This document shows positions 7,927 to 14,814 of a stretch of 32,000 nucleotides of DNA, piece after piece. Source of the stretch: Tepidisphaerales bacterium (GTDB lineage: Bacteria > Planctomycetota > Phycisphaerae > Tepidisphaerales > Tepidisphaeraceae); contig JBKBHU010000007.1 of the NCBI GenBank assembly GCA_046299715.1, positions 123,464 through 155,463 of the forward strand. Direction: 5' to 3'. Under the pieces are notes generated by a model. That model ran no database searches. It was given only the letters and a program-made list of their open reading frames with translations, and was not told the origin of the DNA. Position 1 is the first letter of the stretch; each line of letters opens with the position of its first letter. The translations under genes were made by a program, and so were the position numbers.

Positions 7927-9303
7927 ATGGCAGTCGACACGAAACACATCCTGACGGTCGTGAAGAAAAACTGGCTGAGCATCGCCTCGGCCGCGGTGGC
8001 GGTGGTGGCCGTCGCCGTGCCGTTCGTGCTGGCGGACGGATGGATGAGCGAGACGCAAACCGCCCTGGAGCAGCGCCGGGGGGTCGCCCGGACGATCGAA
8101 GACATCGGCCGTAAGAACCGCTCGCTGCCGCAGCTCGACCCCGACGCGACCGAACGCCAGCCGCTGGAGATGTTCCCGTCGCGGTCGGTCATCGCCGCGG
8201 GCAAAGCCGCGCTGGACCACCTGGACAAGCAGGGCAATCTGCTGTTGGAGGAGGCGCTGAAGCTCAACGTCCGCAGGCCGTTGATGGAGGACGTCTTCCG
8301 GGCGACGCCGCAGCAGTACCGCGGTGCGGCGTTTCGTTTCCGCGATGAATACCTTGCGTTCATGACCCGCCAGGAGTCGCCCAGCCCGCGGCCCGACGGG
8401 CTGAGCGTCATGGTCCGCGGGGGCGTGCCGTTCTCGGCCGAGCAGATCCAGCGGTTCATCATGGCCGAGCGCGAGCGTATCCAGCGCGAGCGGGGCATCC
8501 GGTCTGGCGGAAACCTGGTCAACGCGGACGAAATCGCGCGGCTGATCAGCGAAGCTGAGCGAAAGCTCCCCGAGCAGCTCCGCAACGAGGTGGCGCTGAG
8601 CAATCAGGTGTACCTCAGCCCGGACACGTGGATGGTGGACCCCAACATGGCCCCGTCGGTCCAGCCGCCGATGCCCGAAGCGGTGTGGTTCGCGCAGCTG
8701 GGGCTGTGGATCCAGCAGGAGGCCGCCCGGATCGTGCTCGCGGCCAACGAAGGCAGCGCCAACGTCTTCTCGTCGCCGGTCAAGCACCTCGTGGCCGTGC
8801 GGTACGTTCCGTTCGGTCAGGGCGGTGGCCCGTTCGGGCCGTACATCATGCCCGCGGGCGGAGGCAGCAGCGACGCCGGTGGCGACGGCGGGGGCGGCTT
8901 CGGGATGCCTGCCGCACCGACCGGACCGGTCGCCCCGCTGACCGGCAAGGACCCGTCGTCGCCCATCAACCTGGCGCGAGGGGCGTTTCTTACGGGCCGG
9001 CAGGCCTGCGGCTTGTACGACGTGGTGCATTTCAACATGGTCGTCCGCGTCGCCGAGAGCAAAGTCGCCGAGTTCCTCGCGACCATCCCACGCGGACGGC
9101 TGGTCAACGTGCTCAACGTCCAGATGCAGGCGGTGGATTCGGCCGTCGAGTCGGCCGCGGGCTACATCTACGGCAACGACCCGGTGGTGCAGCTCGAAGT
9201 GGAATGCGAAATGATCATGCTGCGGGCATGGACGACCACCCTGATGCCCCCACGGGTGCGGACGCTGCTGGGGGTGGAGTCCGCCGTCGCGGCGACGCCG
9301 TGA
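7927..9303 (+). CDS. Single-pass membrane protein, hypothetical; C-terminal core resembles PilO/GspM by eye
   Basis: N-terminal TM (WLSIASAAVAVVAVAVPFVL) followed by a helical segment. Gly-rich linker (GGGSSDAGGDGGGGFG). C-terminal YDVVHFNMVVRVAESKVAEFLATIPRGRLVNVLNVQMQAV resembles the PilO ferredoxin-like core. Coding bias is clear. Function is not established. Confidence 0.6.
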   Translation: MAVDTKHILTVVKKNWLSIASAAVAVVAVAVPFVLADGWMSETQTALEQRRGVARTIEDIGRKNRSLPQLDPDATERQPLEMFPSRSVIAAGKAALDHLDKQGNLLLEEALKLNVRRPLMEDVFRATPQQYRGAAFRFRDEYLAFMTRQESPSPRPDGLSVMVRGGVPFSAEQIQRFIMAERERIQRERGIRSGGNLVNADEIARLISEAERKLPEQLRNEVALSNQVYLSPDTWMVDPNMAPSVQPPMPEAVWFAQLGLWIQQEAARIVLAANEGSANVFSSPVKHLVAVRYVPFGQGGGPFGPYIMPAGGGSSDAGGDGGGGFGMPAAPTGPVAPLTGKDPSSPINLARGAFLTGRQACGLYDVVHFNMVVRVAESKVAEFLATIPRGRLVNVLNVQMQAVDSAVESAAGYIYGNDPVVQLEVECEMIMLRAWTTTLMPPRVRTLLGVESAVAATP

Positions 9304-9421
9304 CCGCCGACCTCGCCGCCCGGAAGACGGCCCCGCCCGAAACAGGGTAACTGGATGACTCGCATCGACGACACACCCCCGCACATCGGAACGACCGGAA
9401 CCCCGCAACGAGGTTGATCCC

Positions 9422-11749
9422 ATGAGTAAACCGATCGAACTGATCGAAAAGAACGTGCAGTACGTCACGCTCGGCCTTGGCGGGGCGTTTGTGCTGTTCA
9501 TGGCCTACCGCTACGTCATCAACACGCCGACGGTGGAGGTCGGCGGGCGGTCGCTCTCGGCCGGGCAGGTGGACCCGTACATCGCGGACAACCTGTTGCC
9601 GCAGCTCGAATCGCGGATGAACGCGGGCGGGCGACCGGAGATCGCGTTGCCCACGTTCGATGCCGACTTCCGCGCGGCGTTCGCAGGGCCTCAGGGGCGT
9701 CCGCTGCCGGGCGACTGGACCACCGCCCGCGGGCTCAACCTCGATTTGCCCACCGGTGCGGGGACGGTGCCGTCCCGCCTGCCCACCGATGTGCCGGTCG
9801 CCCCGGGCGGGCCGGTGGTCACGGCCGCCCCGACGCTCCCCAGCGCGATCCCTGTGGGCACCAGCACGGGACTGAGCCTGGTGAACCTCAATCAGTTCGT
9901 GTCGATCGCTCAGCTGGCGGGTGTGCCGAACGTCATGCCCCCGGACTCGCCGCCGATGGGCGGCGGCCCGGGGCCTGGCTTCGGCGGCTCGCCGGAGTTC
10001 GGCTCGGCCGGGCCCGGCGACCCCAACGCCGGGGCGGCCGGTGAAGGCGGCCGTGCCTTCACGCCCCGCACGCCCGTCCGCCCGGGGACGCCCCCGCCGG
10101 CCGCGCCCACGCCGCCGCCGGCCGCCGGCCAGGTGGACCGCACCTGGGTCACGGCCGCGTTTGAGGTGCCGATGGACTCGCTGGCCAACACCTTCGTGGA
10201 CGCCAACGTCCCTGCGGGGCTGGTGACGCTGTTCCTGCGTGTCGAGGTGCAACGGGAAGAGCTGCAGCCTGACGGCTCGTGGGGCAACGCCACGCTCGTG
10301 CGGCCGCTGCAAGGGTCGCCGCTGGCGATGAATCCGCTGCCGCAGGCGGGCAACATCGCGCAGGAGACCAACTATCGGAGCTGGGCGGAGCAGAACCAGC
10401 AGGAGATCCTGCAGCCCAGCTTTTACGCGGTGCTCGGCGGGACGAGCTGGCGGATGCCCGGCGCGCCCGTGGCACCGGGCGCTACCGGCGAGCCGTTCGA
10501 CCCGCGTCGCTACCTCGAGGGACCGATCCCGCCGGAGCTGTCGAAGGAAGAGCGCGACGCCGTCATGCGTGAACGTGCCCGCGAGGCGGCCCGTCGTGCC
10601 GAAGAAGAGCGGCGGCGGCGCATGGAGCAGAACCGCAACCGTCCGCCCCCGGGCATGGGGCCCCCGGGCGGGTTTCCCGGCGGCTTCCCGGGCGGCGGTT
10701 TCCCCGGCGGCGGATTTCCCGGCGGCCCGGGCGGTCGCGGGGGCGGCCGTGGCGGCGGCGCCGGCGGCCTGGTGGCCCCGGTTCCCCCGAAGTTCTCCAT
10801 GGCGCAACCGCCCGGCTGGCACGCGTTGCAGCCGCCGACGTCCACGGTCGCGAACGCTCCGGGCGCAGGCGTGGCGGCTGGCAACCCTTGGACGCTGCCC
10901 ACCAGCTTCATCTACCCGCTGGTGCGGTTTGACGGTCTTCTGGCTGGGCTGAGCCTGCAGACGGGGGGATACGGGCCTCCGTCGCAGCGTCCGCCGGGGT
11001 ATCCGCCGAACTTGCCGTGGCCGCCGCCGGGGTTCGTGCCGCCGAACCTGCCGGGCGGGGCGCGGCCGCCGGGGATGCCCGGCGGGCCGGAGTTCCCGCG
11101 CGGTAGTGAAGAAGGCGGGCCGGGCTGGTCGCCGCCGACGCCGCCGGGCGAGTCAACACCGCCTCCGGCCAACCTCGGGCGAATCCCCCCCGGCGCGTTC
11201 GACCCGAGCAACTGGGCCGACGCCACGGTGATCGCGCTCGCGCACGACGACTCGGTGCAGCCCGGCAAGACGTATCGCTACCGCATGCGGTACATCATGC
11301 TCAACCCCGTGTACGGCCAGCCGGCCGCCGCCGCCGAACCCAGGATCGCGCAGCAGTTCCGTTGGGAGAGCGAGTGGAGCGGCTGGACGGACGCGGTGAC
11401 CGTGCCGTCGCGGGTGAGCTTCTTCGTGTCCGCGCCCATCACCACCGGCGCCAGCAGTATCTCGTTCGAGGTGTTCCAGTTCGTCCGCGGACGGATGACG
11501 AGCCGGACGTTCCAGGTGCAGCCGGGCGACCTCATCGGCTTCAACGACCCTGCCGGCGGCAACTTCGCCACGGGGCACGTGCTGGTGGACGTGCGGCGCG
11601 ACCCCGCACGAAACGAGAACTACGTGCTGATCCTCACGCCCGAGGGCAACCTGATTCGCCGTGACAACAGCGACAGATCGTCGCAGACGTATCAGGAGCT
11701 TCGGCGGCAGCTCAACGCACCCGGACCGGTCGGCGCGGCGGGCAACTGA
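9422..11749 (+). CDS. Single-pass membrane protein, hypothetical; long Pro/Gly-rich region and a beta-rich C-terminal domain (possible PilP/GspC analogue)
   Basis: GAGG lies about 10 nt upstream of the ATG. N-terminal TM (YVTLGLGGAFVLFMAYRYVI). It has extensive P/G low complexity, a charged helix (EERDAVMRERAREAARRAEEERRRRMEQ), GGFP/RGG repeats and a C-terminal globular-looking segment (GKTYRYRMRYIMLNPVYG...FQVQPGDLIGF...YVLILTPEGNLIRRD). Function unknown. Confidence 0.6.
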   Translation: MSKPIELIEKNVQYVTLGLGGAFVLFMAYRYVINTPTVEVGGRSLSAGQVDPYIADNLLPQLESRMNAGGRPEIALPTFDADFRAAFAGPQGRPLPGDWTTARGLNLDLPTGAGTVPSRLPTDVPVAPGGPVVTAAPTLPSAIPVGTSTGLSLVNLNQFVSIAQLAGVPNVMPPDSPPMGGGPGPGFGGSPEFGSAGPGDPNAGAAGEGGRAFTPRTPVRPGTPPPAAPTPPPAAGQVDRTWVTAAFEVPMDSLANTFVDANVPAGLVTLFLRVEVQREELQPDGSWGNATLVRPLQGSPLAMNPLPQAGNIAQETNYRSWAEQNQQEILQPSFYAVLGGTSWRMPGAPVAPGATGEPFDPRRYLEGPIPPELSKEERDAVMRERAREAARRAEEERRRRMEQNRNRPPPGMGPPGGFPGGFPGGGFPGGGFPGGPGGRGGGRGGGAGGLVAPVPPKFSMAQPPGWHALQPPTSTVANAPGAGVAAGNPWTLPTSFIYPLVRFDGLLAGLSLQTGGYGPPSQRPPGYPPNLPWPPPGFVPPNLPGGARPPGMPGGPEFPRGSEEGGPGWSPPTPPGESTPPPANLGRIPPGAFDPSNWADATVIALAHDDSVQPGKTYRYRMRYIMLNPVYGQPAAAAEPRIAQQFRWESEWSGWTDAVTVPSRVSFFVSAPITTGASSISFEVFQFVRGRMTSRTFQVQPGDLIGFNDPAGGNFATGHVLVDVRRDPARNENYVLILTPEGNLIRRDNSDRSSQTYQELRRQLNAPGPVGAAGN
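10667..10768 (+). repeat. In-frame low-complexity repeat encoding GGFP GGFP GGGFP GGGFP GGPGG RGGG RGGG AGG
   Basis: I read the codons directly in the frame of the 9422..11749 gene. There are four (G)GGFP units followed by two RGGG units. Confidence 0.9.
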
Positions 11750-11923
11750 CGCGTCGGCCGTGCGGCTGGACCGTGCCCGGCCGGGGGCGTGCAAAGCTTG
11801 CACTCGCCCACCGACAACGTTGTCGCGCCGTCGGCAGGCCTGCGCAGGGAGAAGCCGGCGGCAGCACGAGCGGCGACATGCCGGCGTCGCACACGGCCCG
11901 ATGCCGGCGGGTCTGAGCCTCCG

Positions 11924-11949
11924 TGTCACATATTTCAAACCTTGTGACA
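11924..11949. promoter_or_regulatory. Inverted repeat TGTCACA-N12-TGTGACA in an AT-rich patch upstream of sdhB (candidate operator)
   Basis: Perfect 7 bp arms at 11924..11930 and 11943..11949. Each arm is itself a TGTnACA palindrome. The repeat is centred about 64 bp upstream of the sdhB ATG. No binding protein is known. Confidence 0.4.
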
Positions 11950-12000
11950 TAAAGGGGTTGCGATGGCAGCCGACCGCGGGTTTTTCTATTATCTGAAACC

Positions 12001-12840
12001 ATGAGCACGGCCACCGCTACACCTCCGGTTTCACGTACCAGCACCCCCGGCTCGGCAGCACCAGCTGCAGGGGCGGCCGCCACGAGCACGAAGACCATCC
12101 ATGTCCGCATCAAGCGGTGTGACGGCCCGGGCCAGCCGACGCGGTGGGAAGAGTTCAAGATCCCCCACCGGCCCAACATGAACATCATCTCGGTGCTGCA
12201 GTACATCGCGGCCAACCCCGTCACCGCCGACGGCAAGCCGACGTCGCCCCCCGTGTGGGATTCGGGCTGTCTGGAGGAGGTGTGCGGGGCCTGCACGATG
12301 GTGATCAACGGGCGGGTCCGGCAGAGCTGCTCGGCCCTCGTGGACAAGCTCGCCCCCAGCGGCGAGACGATCACGCTCGAGCCGATGACCAAGTTCCCGG
12401 TCATCCGCGACCTCTGGGTGGACCGCAGCCGGCTCTTTGAGGACCTCAAGCGGGTGAAGGCCTGGGTACCGATCGACGGCACGTACGACCTGGGGGCGGG
12501 GCCGCCGATCAGCCAGGAGCTTCAGGAAGAGCGTTACCCGCTGTCGCGGTGCATCTCGTGCGGCTGCTGCCTCGAAGCCTGCCCGCAGTACACGCCCACC
12601 AACAAGTTCGTCGGGGCGGCCGTGATTTCGCAGGCGAGGCTGTTCAACGACCATCCGATCGGCGCGGCGCTGAAAGAAGAGCGGCTGGAGGCCCTCATGG
12701 GCGAAGGCGGTGTGTACAACTGCTCGAAGGCCGGCAACTGCGTTCAGGTGTGCCCGAAGCAGATCCCGCTGCTGGAGTCGATCGCGGCCATCCAGCGGCA
12801 GGTGACCGTTCACCTGATCAAAAAATTCTTCACGAAGTAG
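12001..12840 (+). CDS. sdhB: Succinate dehydrogenase/fumarate reductase iron-sulfur subunit
   Basis: Three Cys clusters: GCLEEVCGACTMVINGRVRQSC (2Fe-2S), CISCGCCLEACP (4Fe-4S) and CSKAGNCVQVCP (3Fe-4S). About 30 aa of S/T/A/P-rich N-terminal extension precede the conserved core. Confidence 0.85.
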   Translation: MSTATATPPVSRTSTPGSAAPAAGAAATSTKTIHVRIKRCDGPGQPTRWEEFKIPHRPNMNIISVLQYIAANPVTADGKPTSPPVWDSGCLEEVCGACTMVINGRVRQSCSALVDKLAPSGETITLEPMTKFPVIRDLWVDRSRLFEDLKRVKAWVPIDGTYDLGAGPPISQELQEERYPLSRCISCGCCLEACPQYTPTNKFVGAAVISQARLFNDHPIGAALKEERLEALMGEGGVYNCSKAGNCVQVCPKQIPLLESIAAIQRQVTVHLIKKFFTK

Positions 12841-13066
12841 AGCCCGGCGAGACCCGCACGCTCCCCCTGCCGAGACCGGCGGGTTGCGTCGCCTCCGGCC
12901 CCCCCGCTGTCGCGAATCGTCGCGCAGGCCGGGCCGCCGGCCCCGCCGCCATGCCGGGGCAGAGGTGTTGACAGGCCCGCTAGGACGAATCCGCCGCCGC
13001 GGACTTCGCATTGACCCCCCTTCTGCCGCCACCGTACGCTCGACTCCTGTGCTGCGGCTCACCCCC

Positions 13067-13756
13067 ATGGGTCTACGCGAGCTGGTGGTCGGCACGCTGC
13101 TGCTGGCTGCCGTAGGGGCGGTCTGCGCGTGGCTGTGGTGGCCGCTGGTCGTGCTGCCGCTGGCTGTGTGGGTGTGGCTGCTGGCGTTCTTTCGCGACCC
13201 CGAGCGGGCGATCCCCGATGAGCCGGACGTGCTGGTCTCGCCGGCCGACGGCACCATTTCCGACATCACGTCCATCCCCGAGCACCCGCAGCTCGGCGGG
13301 CCGGCCGTGAGCATCGGGATCTTCCTCTCGGTGTTCGATGTCCACATCAACCGCAGCCCCTGCGACGGCAGGGTGCTTTCGGCGGTGCATACGCCGGGGA
13401 AGTTCATCAACGCGCTTCGGCATCGTGAGGCGTCGGCCCTGAACGAGGCCAACACGGTGCTTCTCGGTGACGTCGAGACCGGGCGGCCTCTGGTCGTGGT
13501 GCGGCAGATCGTCGGTCTCATCGCACGTCGCATCGTCTTTACCCCCCGCGTGGGAACGGTGCTGCGGCGGGGCGAGCGGATCGGCATGATGAAGTTCGGC
13601 TCCCGCACGGAGCTGATCGTCCCGACGTCGCTGCAGCCGCAGGTGCTCGTGACGGTGGGCCAGAAGGTGCGCGGTGGGAGCGATGTCGTCGTGCGGCTGG
13701 GAGCGGGAAGCCGAGCCTTCGGGTCGGCCCGGCCTTTGCAGGAGACGGCGGTGTGA
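13067..13756 (+). CDS. psd: Phosphatidylserine decarboxylase proenzyme (short form)
   Basis: ORF 12884..13756 trimmed to the ATG at 13067 (MGLRELV..., N-terminal TM). It carries SPADG, FLSVFDVHINRSP and the self-cleavage-type block MMKFGSRTEL (GS). It is adjacent to pssA. Confidence 0.85.
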   Translation: MGLRELVVGTLLLAAVGAVCAWLWWPLVVLPLAVWVWLLAFFRDPERAIPDEPDVLVSPADGTISDITSIPEHPQLGGPAVSIGIFLSVFDVHINRSPCDGRVLSAVHTPGKFINALRHREASALNEANTVLLGDVETGRPLVVVRQIVGLIARRIVFTPRVGTVLRRGERIGMMKFGSRTELIVPTSLQPQVLVTVGQKVRGGSDVVVRLGAGSRAFGSARPLQETAV

Positions 13757-14712
13757 GCGTCCCGACCGGCCCAAGCGGCTCTCCGGACCTGCCGCCGCCC
13801 CGCTCCAGCGCGAGGTCGGCCCTGCCGCCGACAGACCGGGAGGCCTGGCGGGAAGCGCGTCGGCTGCGTTTCCGTCGGCGTGGGCGGCGGGCGTACATCC
13901 GCTCGGTCTATTTCCTGCCGTCGATGGCCACGCTGGGCAACGCCCTCTGCGGCTTCGGGGCCATCTACGTCGCCGCCCTCACGCCCGAGCAGTCGGGGGG
14001 CGACCCGTGGACCAGTTTTTTCGCCCGGCACCACTTCGTCGTTGCCGCCTACCTCATCTTCATCGCCATGGTGTGGGACGCTCTCGACGGCCGGCTGGCC
14101 CGCTGGACGCGGCACACCACCGACTTCGGCGGCCAGCTCGACTCCCTGGCCGATGTGATTTCCTTCGGCGCCGCCCCCGCGTTCCTGGCCCTTCAGGTGT
14201 TCAAGACGCTGGGCCCGCAGGACATTCCGCTGGAGCTGTCGCGCTTCGTGTGGGCGATCGGCGCGTTGTACGTGGCTTGCGCGGCGATCCGGCTGGCCCG
14301 GTTCAACGTGTCGAATGAGCACGGGGAGCAGTCGCACTTTTCGTTTCTCGGTTTGCCGTCGCCGGGAGCCGGCGGCGCCGTCGCCGGCTTCGTGCTCATG
14401 CAGCAGTGGCTGGCGGGAAGCGTGCGGACGTGGCAGGTGCAGCTCGCCGACGGACTCGTGTACGTCCTGCCCGCGGTTGTGCTGCTGTGCGGCCTGCTGA
14501 TGGTGTCCAACATCCGCTACCCGCACGTGGTCAACCGCTACCTGCGGGGGCGCAAGTCGATCTGGCGGATCGTCGGCATCCTCTCGCTGCTCCTGCTGCT
14601 GCTGGTGGCGCACCAGGTGACGCTGGGGGTGGTCCTGCTGGCGTACGTGCTGCTGGGCGTGGCGGGCTGGCTGTGGGCGAAGGCACGACGGAGCCCCGCC
14701 GAAGCCGCCTAG
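13753..14712 (+). CDS. pssA: CDP-diacylglycerol--serine O-phosphatidyltransferase
   Basis: CDP-alcohol phosphatidyltransferase motif DGRLARWTRHTTDFGGQLDSLADVISFG and a multi-TM profile. The GTG start overlaps the psd stop (GTGA, 13753..13756). Confidence 0.85.
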   Translation: MSVPTGPSGSPDLPPPRSSARSALPPTDREAWREARRLRFRRRGRRAYIRSVYFLPSMATLGNALCGFGAIYVAALTPEQSGGDPWTSFFARHHFVVAAYLIFIAMVWDALDGRLARWTRHTTDFGGQLDSLADVISFGAAPAFLALQVFKTLGPQDIPLELSRFVWAIGALYVACAAIRLARFNVSNEHGEQSHFSFLGLPSPGAGGAVAGFVLMQQWLAGSVRTWQVQLADGLVYVLPAVVLLCGLLMVSNIRYPHVVNRYLRGRKSIWRIVGILSLLLLLLVAHQVTLGVVLLAYVLLGVAGWLWAKARRSPAEAA

Positions 14713-14814
14713 GCGACGGGGGGCGTGCCCATCCACCGCCACGGCGGCTGCCGACCGTTGCCGCGGCCGCCCCATGCCCGCGCCTTGCCCTCTCCCACCT
14801 ACACTCCCCCTCCC

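Noticed and set aside
5211-8603. A 1130 aa ORF on the minus strand spanning the PilM-like gene, the spacer and part of gene 2.
   Set aside because: It is antisense to a gene with clear PilM motifs. Its translation is Arg/Pro/Gly/His-rich with no recognisable domain. Long stop-free antisense frames are expected at this GC content, so I treat it as a shadow ORF.
2871-10768. Tandem repeats (the 15 bp unit at 2871..2936 and the GGFP/RGG unit at 10667..10768) as possible CRISPR or mobile-element signatures.
   Set aside because: The repeats are contiguous with no unique spacers and lie in frame within coding sequence. No cas, transposase or integrase genes are present.
12968-13040. Perfect -35 hexamer TTGACA (12968..12973) and TTGACC-N18-TACGCT (13011..13040) upstream of psd.
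   Set aside because: The first has no acceptable -10 at 16-18 bp. The second is a weak match only. Neither can be supported as a promoter without TSS data.
12031-14775. A 914 aa minus-strand ORF covering sdhB, psd and pssA.
   Set aside because: It is a shadow ORF. The + strand frames carry unmistakable SdhB Cys clusters, the Psd GS cleavage block and the CDP-alcohol transferase motif. The minus frame is compositionally biased nonsense.
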